Shown here piece by piece: positions 19,430 through 26,252 of a DNA stretch of 36,666 nucleotides. Each line of letters begins with the position of its first letter. Within the stretch, counting starts at the first letter, position 1. The notes under the pieces were generated by a model. It had not been told where the DNA came from and made no database searches. It saw only the letters and a program-made list of their open reading frames with translations. Position numbers and translations under genes: made by a program. The stretch is from Clostridia bacterium (lineage in GTDB: Bacteria > Bacillota > Clostridia > UMGS1883), in NCBI GenBank assembly GCA_045649225.1, contig JAZRPN010000060.1, positions 1 through 36,666 on the forward strand, read 5' to 3'.

Positions 19430-20623
19430 TTATCTCTCAGGACGAAGCACTTTTGTGCACACACCTGCGGTGTAATATATGTGTCCGCCTGCAAGTAAAA
19501 GTGCCTTGAGCTTTCTTTGAAGTGATGTGCCCTCGGGAAGCTCCAGATCATCGACATTAGGGTCGGGGAATACCCAAAATCTGAATTCTTTTCCACCGCT
19601 TAAAAGCGGATATTTTATAAATGCATTTCCAAAGCCTGCAAGCTTGGAGCCCTCAACAAGTGATGCAATTGTCTGGTCCATAAGCCAGGAGAAGCACACC
19701 AAAAATTTGGGATCACGCTCGGGGAAACGCTTTAGCGCAATTTCAAAGCCCTCTTTAAAGCTTTGCGTAAAGAATTCGGGAGACAAATCGGTTCCGCCCG
19801 GGATGTGAACTGCCAAAACCTCGTCTCCGGGACGAAGAACGCATTCCCATTCATCCTTTTTAAATTCCTCAGTTCTTGAAGAAACTCTGCCACTGATTAC
19901 CCTGTGTCCGATAAAAGCATCGTTTGTTTCTGTAAAATCAGCTTCAAAAGAGCCGTCCTCGTCTTCGGCGCCTGCACTTCCCAAAACCCTGCCGCTTTTA
20001 TGGAAAGTACCTTCAACCATCATTATCTCAAAATTTTCGCTTTTTTTGTTTTTGAGAACCATCGCTCCGCCGTAAAATTCCCTGAACTGATATTCAAAGC
20101 CGTTATGGTAGAACATCTCACCGAAGATGTAGATAAGATTCCAGTTGTAGTAAGAAAACGTAAGCGCGGGGCGACCGATACTTTCCTTGACTTCGTTCAT
20201 ATTCTTTCTGATATCTCTGAAAGAGAGCTTTATCTCCTCATCGGAAAAGCCGTGGTTCCTGAAAAACTCCACGCTCTGTGGTATAAGAGTAAAAATAATG
20301 AGTACGCTGAAAACATCTCTTGCAACACTTCCATCAAGCTCGGTGAGGGGCACGTGTCGTGCTTCAAATGTTGTGCTTACTTTTATGTACTCGCAAATCG
20401 TTCTGCCGTATAAATACAAAGCCTTGTTCTCCAAAACCTCTTTGGCACCCTGTTTTACCAAATCAAGATGCTCGCAAAGGATGGAAAATTCCTTGTCGTA
20501 TTTTTCTATTATCGATGTGTCGCAAAAGAGCGTTTTCTCATCCTTTAAATTCTTGTAAAGCTCTTCAAATTTTTCAGGATATTCCTTAATCCCGAGCGAT
20601 TGAGTAAGTTCTTTAAAATCCAT
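19430..20623 (-). CDS. Uncharacterised 397-aa cytoplasmic protein; possibly a two-domain acyltransferase-like protein (NAT_N / GNAT-like C-terminal type), not verifiable here
   Basis: The start is set at MDFKELTQSLG (SD GGAAGGTGA 4 nt upstream), 4 nt after the stop of the XRE gene. The longer track ORF would overlap that gene. No signal peptide or TM helix is present. The C-terminal half contains LAVHIPGGTDLSPEFF ... FLVCFSWLMDQ. Confidence 0.7.
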   Translation of the reverse strand: MDFKELTQSLGIKEYPEKFEELYKNLKDEKTLFCDTSIIEKYDKEFSILCEHLDLVKQGAKEVLENKALYLYGRTICEYIKVSTTFEARHVPLTELDGSVARDVFSVLIIFTLIPQSVEFFRNHGFSDEEIKLSFRDIRKNMNEVKESIGRPALTFSYYNWNLIYIFGEMFYHNGFEYQFREFYGGAMVLKNKKSENFEIMMVEGTFHKSGRVLGSAGAEDEDGSFEADFTETNDAFIGHRVISGRVSSRTEEFKKDEWECVLRPGDEVLAVHIPGGTDLSPEFFTQSFKEGFEIALKRFPERDPKFLVCFSWLMDQTIASLVEGSKLAGFGNAFIKYPLLSGGKEFRFWVFPDPNVDDLELPEGTSLQRKLKALLLAGGHIYYTAGVCTKVLRPER

Positions 20624-20627
20624 AAAA

Positions 20628-20849
20628 TCACCTTCCAATAAATTCGTTTCCGTTAATAAGAAAATCAATCGAAACATTAAAGTATTCTGACATTTTAATG
20701 AGCATATCAATACTCGGCTCACGCTTTCCATTTTCGTAGTGGGAAAGAGCCTCACGGGAAATGTTTAAATCCATAGCAACCTTTAGCTGAGTCAATCGTT
20801 TTTCTTTTCTGATTTGTTTTAACCCTTTCAAGAAATCACCCCTTGACAT
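20628..20849 (-). CDS. XRE-family helix-turn-helix transcriptional regulator (73 aa)
   Basis: It shows a typical HTH_3 pattern (LKQIRKEKRLTQLKVAMDLNISREALSHYENGKREPSIDMLIKMSEYFNVSIDFLI). No SD precedes the ATG, which lies inside the opposing promoter. Confidence 0.8.
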   Translation of the reverse strand: MSRGDFLKGLKQIRKEKRLTQLKVAMDLNISREALSHYENGKREPSIDMLIKMSEYFNVSIDFLINGNEFIGR

Positions 20850-20871
20850 TATTGTAACATTTTGTTACAAT
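20843..20871 (+). promoter_or_regulatory. Near-consensus sigma-A promoter reading rightward into the 84-aa HTH gene
   Basis: TTGACA (20843-20848), a 17-nt spacer, then TGtTACAAT (extended -10, hexamer 20866-20871). Confidence 0.6.
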
Positions 20872-20874
20872 AAT
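20848..20874. promoter_or_regulatory. Operator-like perfect inverted repeat 1 (11-5-11)
   Basis: ATTATTGTAAC-ATTTT-GTTACAATAAT. It fills the spacer and -10 of the rightward promoter and abuts the ATG of the leftward XRE gene. Confidence 0.6.
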
Positions 20875-20900
20875 TATGTTACATAATGTAACATAATTAT
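20870..20900. promoter_or_regulatory. Operator-like perfect palindrome 2 (15-1-15, 31 bp)
   Basis: ATAATTATGTTACAT-A-ATGTAACATAATTAT. It shares the GTTAC/GTAAC half-site with repeat 1 and covers the predicted +1 to about +25 of the rightward transcript. Confidence 0.6.
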
Positions 20901-20921
20901 CTTTTTCAAAGGATGTTTAAG

Positions 20922-21173
20922 ATGAATAAATCTGCCAATAACGAAGCTATAACATATCTTGCCTACAATGTTTCATATTTACGCAGAAAACACAATATTA
21001 CTAAAAATGATATGGCAAAAATCTTGGGAATTGGGATTAAATCTCTAAATAGAATTGAACAGGGGATACTTCCTCCGAGATTAAGTGTTGAGATTCTATT
21101 TAATATTCGGGAATACTTTGGGATCCCTCTGAATATTTTAATAGGCGAAAAAATAAGCGACTCAATATATTGA
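20922..21173 (+). CDS. Small XRE/Cro-like helix-turn-helix protein (83 aa)
   Basis: HTH pattern ITKNDMAKILGIGIKSLNRIEQGILPPRLSVEILFNIREYFGIPLNILIG. The start is set at the second ATG (MNKSANN), with AAAGGA 8 nt upstream. The track ORF starts at 20913. Confidence 0.7.
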   Translation: MNKSANNEAITYLAYNVSYLRRKHNITKNDMAKILGIGIKSLNRIEQGILPPRLSVEILFNIREYFGIPLNILIGEKISDSIY

Positions 21174-21179
21174 GTCGCT
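21147..21179 (-). terminator. Intrinsic terminator of the rRNA methyltransferase gene, overlapping the 3' end of the 84-aa HTH gene
   Basis: AGCGACTCAA-TATA-TTGAGTCGCT (21156-21179) is followed on the minus strand by TATTTTTTC. Confidence 0.6.
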
Positions 21180-21205
21180 ATACATATTGGAATCTAACAT
21201 GTCTT

Positions 21206-22558
21206 TTATACTGTTGCCGAAAGTGTTAGAAACGCTACGCACTCAATATGATTTGTTTGCGGAAACTGGTCAAAGGCGGTTGCTTCCCTAAGCTTGTAGC
21301 CGTTTTCACAAAGGATTTTAAGATCCCTTGCCATTGTTGCACAGTCGCACGAAACATAGATTATTCTTTCGGGCTTTATGGTGGAAATAGCATCAAGCAA
21401 AGACTTTTCGCAGCCCTTTCTTGGTGGGTCGAGCACCACTATATCGGGGCGGTTACCTTCCTTTAGGAGAGCGGGCATGACATCCTCGCTTTTACCGCAG
21501 AAGAATTTTGCGTTGGTAATATCGTTAAGCTCTGCATTTTCTTTGGCGTTTTCAATCGACTCGGGAACTACTTCAATGCCCGTAACCGACTTTACGTCGT
21601 TTGCAAGATAAAGGCCGATTGTACCACTTCCGCAGTAAAGGTCGAACACGTTTTTATCCTCAGCATCCGTGCAACAGGACTTAACCTTGTCGTAAAGAAG
21701 CTTTGTCGTGTAGGGATTTACCTGATAAAAACCCCTGTAGTGAATTTTATATTTTACTTCACCTATGCTGTCATAAATATAAGGTCTGCCGTAGAGCAGA
21801 TTGTCTTTATCACCGTAGATTGTATTTGTTTTGCTTTGGTTATAATTTTCCACAATGCCCGTAATAAAGGGGAAACGGCTTGTCAGCTCATTTGCGAGAA
21901 CAGAAGAATTCTTAATCGGCTTTGCGCATACAAGTACCACAACTGCCTCTTCTTTTCCCGCACGTATGCAGATTTTACGGAGTGTGCCTTTTGCAGTATT
22001 TTCGTCAAACACGCTTATTTTCTCTCGTGTTGCCCAATCGGTTATAAAATTTGCAATCTCGGTTGTGCGGGAGTCTGCCAAAAGACAATCCCTTGTGGGA
22101 ATTACCCTGTGCGAGTGCGGAGCGTAAAAACCGCAGACGACTTTGCCGTCTTCCTCGCTTACGGGGTAAATTGCCTTGTTCCTGTAATGAAGACTTGGGT
22201 CGCTTCCAACAATTTCTTTAACCTCAAAGCCCTCAAAACCACCTATTCTGACAATGGCATCTTCAACCTTTTTGCGCTTGAATTCAAGCTGACCCTCATA
22301 CGAAACGCTTTGCAAATCGCACCCGCCGCATTTTTGTGAAAGGGTACACGGCGCACCGCATCTTAATGGGGATGGCTCTAAAACACGCAAAAGCTTTCCA
22401 AAACCGTAATTTTTATTTTCCTTAACCACAAGGATTTCTGCCTTATCACCAAGCACGGCAGACGGTACAAAAACTGTGTAACCGTCAATTTTTGCAATGC
22501 CGCTACCTTCGGATGAAAACGCAGTTATATCTACTGTGTGAGTTGTATTTTTGTACAT
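21206..22558 (-). CDS. rlmD: 23S rRNA (uracil-5-)-methyltransferase, RumA/RlmD(RlmCD) family
   Basis: 450 aa with an N-terminal TRAM-like domain (AKIDGYTVFVPSAVLGDKAEILV). The Fe-S cysteines (CGAPCTLSQKCGGC) and the SAM motif (DLYCGSGTIGL) are present. The catalytic region reads VLDPPRKG ... YVSCDCATMARD. Confidence 0.88.
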   Translation of the reverse strand: MYKNTTHTVDITAFSSEGSGIAKIDGYTVFVPSAVLGDKAEILVVKENKNYGFGKLLRVLEPSPLRCGAPCTLSQKCGGCDLQSVSYEGQLEFKRKKVEDAIVRIGGFEGFEVKEIVGSDPSLHYRNKAIYPVSEEDGKVVCGFYAPHSHRVIPTRDCLLADSRTTEIANFITDWATREKISVFDENTAKGTLRKICIRAGKEEAVVVLVCAKPIKNSSVLANELTSRFPFITGIVENYNQSKTNTIYGDKDNLLYGRPYIYDSIGEVKYKIHYRGFYQVNPYTTKLLYDKVKSCCTDAEDKNVFDLYCGSGTIGLYLANDVKSVTGIEVVPESIENAKENAELNDITNAKFFCGKSEDVMPALLKEGNRPDIVVLDPPRKGCEKSLLDAISTIKPERIIYVSCDCATMARDLKILCENGYKLREATAFDQFPQTNHIECVAFLTLSATV

Positions 22559-24483
22559 TGTCTATTGTTCCTTTCCAGTTTGAGCACCCTATACGAAAGC
22601 GGTGCAAGCTCAAACGTGAAGCCTTGGTTATGAACGATTTTTTCGTTTGTTAAAACATCTGTTGCGCTTATAACGCCAAAGCGGTCAAGGCAGAGAGAAA
22701 TGTGCTGATTCTCCTGAGAAGAATTAACCATAACCATAACACTGCCGTCAGTACAAGGATTGCCAAATGCATCTATGCCACCCTCAATGCTTCGCATATA
22801 GCAGACAGTTCCGCCAACATAGTAAATCAGTGTATAATCGCCTGTTCTTAAGCAGGCGTTATCCTTACGTAAGTTCGCAAAAAAGCGTGTGTGCTCCAAA
22901 AGCTCGTTGTTTGTGCTATTCCAGTCAAAAGGCTTTCTGTTAAAGGGGTCAGCGTAGCCCGTCATACCAATCTCGTCGCCGTAATACACGGTAGGGGTGC
23001 CAACCATTGTCATCTGCAAAACAATAGCGAGGAGCATTCTCCTTTGCGCAAGATAAAGTGCCTCGTGCGAAATAAAGTAGTCGTGCTGAGCGTTACGGCT
23101 CATCGTTCTGAAATCGGGTGCGCCCGAAAGAACTGTCATTGCCCGGGGAACATCGTGCGATGAGATAAGGTTCATACAACTATAGAGTGATTCCTTAGGA
23201 TAGTTCTCCATAAGAGATGCAATCCGCATTGTAAAAAGCCTTGCGTCGTTTTTGGTCAGAAAGTCCAAAACTGCTTCCCTGAACACATAGTTCATAACGC
23301 CGTCAAGCGATTTTCCGTGAAGAAAACGCCGTTTTTTGCCATAGCTCTCCTTGTTGCTTGCGTCCTCCCAAACCTCGCCGATAAGCAGTGCGTCGGGGTT
23401 TTCTTTTTTCAGGGAAGAGCGCATCCTTTCGATAAATTCGTCGGGAAGCTCGTCTGCAACATCAAGCCTCCAGCCGTCTGCCCCAAGGCGAAGCCATCTT
23501 TTAATGATAGAATTTTTATTTTCAATTATATAGTCAACGTAATTTTCGTCAAGCTCGTTAACATTGGGAAGAGTATCAAAACCCCACCACGATTCGTATT
23601 TGTCGGGAAAGCTCGTGAAATTATACCAACTGTAATAGGGAGACTCCTGCGACTGATATGCCCCGACGGAGTCAAAATTTCCATATTTATTAAAATACTT
23701 ACTGTCGGCACCCGTGTGGCTGAAAACACCGTCAAGGATAATGTGCATCCCGAGAGCATGTGCCTTTTTGCAAAGACGGGAAAAATCCTCGTTAGTGCCA
23801 AGCGTTTCGTCAACGTTTTCGTAATCTGAGGTGTCGTAACGATGGTTTGAAAACGCCTTAAAAATGGGGTTGAGGTAAATGGCAGTTACGCCAAGGTCTT
23901 TAAGGCAGTCAAGTTTTTCCTCTATCCCTTTAAGCGTTCCGCCAAAAAAGTCGTTTGAAAGATATGTTCCGCCAAACTGGTCGTTGCGGTAAAAAGGCTC
24001 GTCATTCCAATCCCTTTTGATACCGTGAAAGGGTGTATTTCCGCTACGGAAAAACCTGTCGGGGAAAATCTGATACACCACGGCGTTTTTCATCCAGTCG
24101 GGAGTTTTGTAGCTTTCTTCATAAACTGTTATCTGAAAAAGGTTATGGGGCGCAGCATCATACATCTGACTTTGCCCGCCAAGCCTTAGCTCGTTATTTG
24201 CGCAAAACATCTCCCTGCCGTCTGCAATAACACGGAAGCAGTAAAATAAAACACCCCCGTTTTCGGGCATTTCGATATTGCATTCATACATACGGGCAGA
24301 GTTAACCTCGTAGGAAAACGCCATTTTAACAGCGTTTTCGCCAATAATGCACTCTACCAATTCGGGAATCGAGTCAGACCCAACCAGAACGTGAAGACAA
24401 AGCTTTGAATTTGTCTTTAACGCACCCTTTGGGTTTCTGTATATTAACTTGTTTGAGTTGTGCTCTAAATACAAAAGTTTCAC
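22531..24483 (-). CDS. GH13 alpha-glycosidase (neopullulanase / cyclomaltodextrinase / maltogenic amylase type), cytoplasmic
   Basis: GH13 conserved regions are present: ILDGVFSHTG, GADGWRLDVADELPDEF, LIGEVWEDAS and LISSHDVPR. No signal peptide is seen. The track start is a GTG at 24483. A TTG at 24474 has the better SD (GAGGTGA, 5 nt). The 3' end overlaps the rlmD start by 28 nt. Confidence 0.85.
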   Translation of the reverse strand: MKLLYLEHNSNKLIYRNPKGALKTNSKLCLHVLVGSDSIPELVECIIGENAVKMAFSYEVNSARMYECNIEMPENGGVLFYCFRVIADGREMFCANNELRLGGQSQMYDAAPHNLFQITVYEESYKTPDWMKNAVVYQIFPDRFFRSGNTPFHGIKRDWNDEPFYRNDQFGGTYLSNDFFGGTLKGIEEKLDCLKDLGVTAIYLNPIFKAFSNHRYDTSDYENVDETLGTNEDFSRLCKKAHALGMHIILDGVFSHTGADSKYFNKYGNFDSVGAYQSQESPYYSWYNFTSFPDKYESWWGFDTLPNVNELDENYVDYIIENKNSIIKRWLRLGADGWRLDVADELPDEFIERMRSSLKKENPDALLIGEVWEDASNKESYGKKRRFLHGKSLDGVMNYVFREAVLDFLTKNDARLFTMRIASLMENYPKESLYSCMNLISSHDVPRAMTVLSGAPDFRTMSRNAQHDYFISHEALYLAQRRMLLAIVLQMTMVGTPTVYYGDEIGMTGYADPFNRKPFDWNSTNNELLEHTRFFANLRKDNACLRTGDYTLIYYVGGTVCYMRSIEGGIDAFGNPCTDGSVMVMVNSSQENQHISLCLDRFGVISATDVLTNEKIVHNQGFTFELAPLSYRVLKLERNNRQCTKIQLTQ

Positions 24484-24509
24484 CTCATACCTATTATTCC
24501 CATTATCTA

Positions 24510-24786
24510 TAAGCCGACGAGGGTTGAACCCCGTAAGCCTTAAATTTGTTAAATTTTTATTCTTTAAATTTGTCGTCCTTGTAAGGCGACAGCCTAACTT
24601 CGTCCTCCGCTTTCAAATTATATAAAATTTTCCTACATTTAAGGTCGAAGAGTTTAAAAACCATAAATTTTGATGGAAGTCAAAGAAAATTCAAGGATTA
24701 TACTGTCGTATATTCGCAGAATTTTCTGCAGTATTACGCAAAATTTATGTTTTTAAACCTTATGGGGTTCGACCCTCGTCAGCTTA
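24510..24786. repeat. 277-bp non-coding element bounded by 35-nt imperfect terminal inverted repeats (MITE-like, or a long-range RNA stem)
   Basis: 24510-24544 (TAAGCCGACGAGGGTTGAACCCCGTAAGCCTTAAA) is complementary to 24752-24786 at 30 of 35 positions. The interior is AT-rich with local hairpins (TGTCG-TCCTTGTAAGG-CGACA; GCAGAA-TT-TTCTGC). Confidence 0.5.
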
Positions 24787-24826
24787 AGTATACAACGAAG
24801 CACCATAAAAGTCAAAAAGAAATTTC

Positions 24827-24855
24827 TTGTAAAACAAGCGCTTTTATTATATAAT
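24827..24855 (+). promoter_or_regulatory. Sigma-A type promoter for the THUMP methyltransferase gene
   Basis: TTGTAA-17 nt-TATAAT, about 30 nt upstream of the ATG at 24887. Confidence 0.55.
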
Positions 24856-24886
24856 AAAATAAGTATATTTTTGAAAGGATGCAGAA

Positions 24887-26002
24887 ATGAACAGACTTTT
24901 ACTGACGGTGCCGACGTTTTTCGGGACAGAGGCTATAGTCGCTCACGGAATTCGCTCTCTCGGGTACGAAACTACCGAGGTTATCGACGGCAGAGTTACG
25001 TTTGAGGGCGACTCAGAGGCAATAGCCCTTGCAAACATAAATCTGCGCTGTGGAGAGCGTGTTCTTATAAAAATGGCGGAATTTAAAGCAACTACCTTTG
25101 AGGAGCTTTTTGAAGGAGTCCGCGCTATAGACTGGCAGGATTTTATTCAAAGCGACTGTGCTTTTCCCGTTAAGGGAAATTCGCTTAAAAGCGTGCTTTC
25201 AAGCGTGCCTGCGTGCACAAGCATTGTAAAGAAAGCAGTTGTAAAAAAGCTGTCAGAAAAGTACGGCATCGAGCATTTTGAAGAAACGGGCCCGATGATG
25301 CGTGTTCAGTTTTCGCTTCTTCGTGATATGGTAGCCATTTACCTCGACACAACGGGCGACCCGCTTTACAAAAGGGGCTACCGTGAAAAAGGTGTTGCGG
25401 CACCGCTGAGGGAAACGCTTGCATTTTCGATGATTGATATAACGCGCTGGCGTGGGGACAGACCTTTTCTTGACCCGTTTTGCGGCAGCGGTACAATTCC
25501 GATTGAGGCGGCGCTGTATGCCAAAAACATTGCCCCCGGAATAAACCGAAGCTTTGCAAGTGAAAAATGGCGGATGATGGGAAGCTCATTTGAGGATGCC
25601 CGTGAGGAAGCGTTGGAAAACGTAAATAACGACATTGAGCCGATGATTTTTGCATCGGACATTGATCCCGATGCCGTAAAGCTTGCCATAAGCAATGCCA
25701 AAAAAGCGGGCGTCGATAAATATATTCAGTTTAATTGCTCTGATGCAAAGGATGCTCATGTTTTCAAAGAAAAGGGCGTAATTGTGTGCAATCCGCCTTA
25801 TGGCGAAAGGCTTCTTGACCGTAAAAAGTGCGAGGCGCTTTATACCATGATGGGCAAAAAGTTTTCACAGTACCCCGAAGCGGGTAAATACATTCTGACA
25901 AGCCACGAGGAGTTTGAAAAGTTTTACGGCCGTCAGGCTGACAAACGACGCAAGCTCTACAACGGAATGTTAAAATGTAATTTATATCAGTATTTCAGGT
26001 GA
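24887..26002 (+). CDS. THUMP-domain class I SAM-dependent RNA methyltransferase (RlmL N-terminal/YpsC-like, UPF0020)
   Basis: 371 aa with an N-terminal THUMP-like region, the SAM motif FLDPFCGSGTIPIEAA and the catalytic CNPPYGERL. Confidence 0.85.
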   Translation: MNRLLLTVPTFFGTEAIVAHGIRSLGYETTEVIDGRVTFEGDSEAIALANINLRCGERVLIKMAEFKATTFEELFEGVRAIDWQDFIQSDCAFPVKGNSLKSVLSSVPACTSIVKKAVVKKLSEKYGIEHFEETGPMMRVQFSLLRDMVAIYLDTTGDPLYKRGYREKGVAAPLRETLAFSMIDITRWRGDRPFLDPFCGSGTIPIEAALYAKNIAPGINRSFASEKWRMMGSSFEDAREEALENVNNDIEPMIFASDIDPDAVKLAISNAKKAGVDKYIQFNCSDAKDAHVFKEKGVIVCNPPYGERLLDRKKCEALYTMMGKKFSQYPEAGKYILTSHEEFEKFYGRQADKRRKLYNGMLKCNLYQYFR

Positions 26003-26035
26003 TTTAACGCATATCCTTTATTGAGGTGAGCGTTT

Positions 26036-26239
26036 ATGAAAGAAAAAATAAAGAAATCGGCAATGTCGCTTCTATACAGAAGCGTGGTGTGCCTGTGCCT
26101 TTTTGCCTGTGCCTTTTTGACCAAGCGGTTTTTACCGCAGGTGTGGGAGAGGTGCACGGGGGTGTTTGTAAAAAACATCAACGTAAAGGTTGCAGGAGAA
26201 CATTTGCGTTTGTTCTTAAGCGATATATTGCCGTTTTAA
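26036..26239 (+). CDS. Possible small membrane protein (67 aa)
   Basis: SD GAGGTGA lies 6 nt upstream. One hydrophobic Cys-rich helix is present (LLYRSVVCLCLFACAFL). The stop codon is embedded in the SD of the downstream radical SAM gene. No recognisable family. Confidence 0.4.
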   Translation: MKEKIKKSAMSLLYRSVVCLCLFACAFLTKRFLPQVWERCTGVFVKNINVKVAGEHLRLFLSDILPF

Positions 26240-26252
26240 GGAGAAATTTAAC

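Noticed and set aside
20624-20755. The N-terminal extension of the 397-aa gene in the ORF track (start at 20755, 441 aa).
   Set aside because: It would overlap the XRE gene by 128 nt and has no SD. The internal ATG at 20623 has GGAAGGTGA upstream and sits 4 nt after the XRE stop.
24600-24625. A possible CcpA cre site (TGAAAGCGGAGGAC on the minus strand) upstream of the GH13 gene.
   Set aside because: Only the left half matches the TGWNANCGNTNWCA consensus; the right half fails at four positions.
24764-24786. On the minus strand, CTGACGAGGGTCGAACCCC resembles the CUGAnGA box plus stem II of a hammerhead ribozyme.
   Set aside because: The obligatory GAAA box after stem II is missing (the sequence continues CAUAAGG). 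No stem I/III arrangement or cleavage-site triplet could be built. It is more simply one arm of the inverted repeat.
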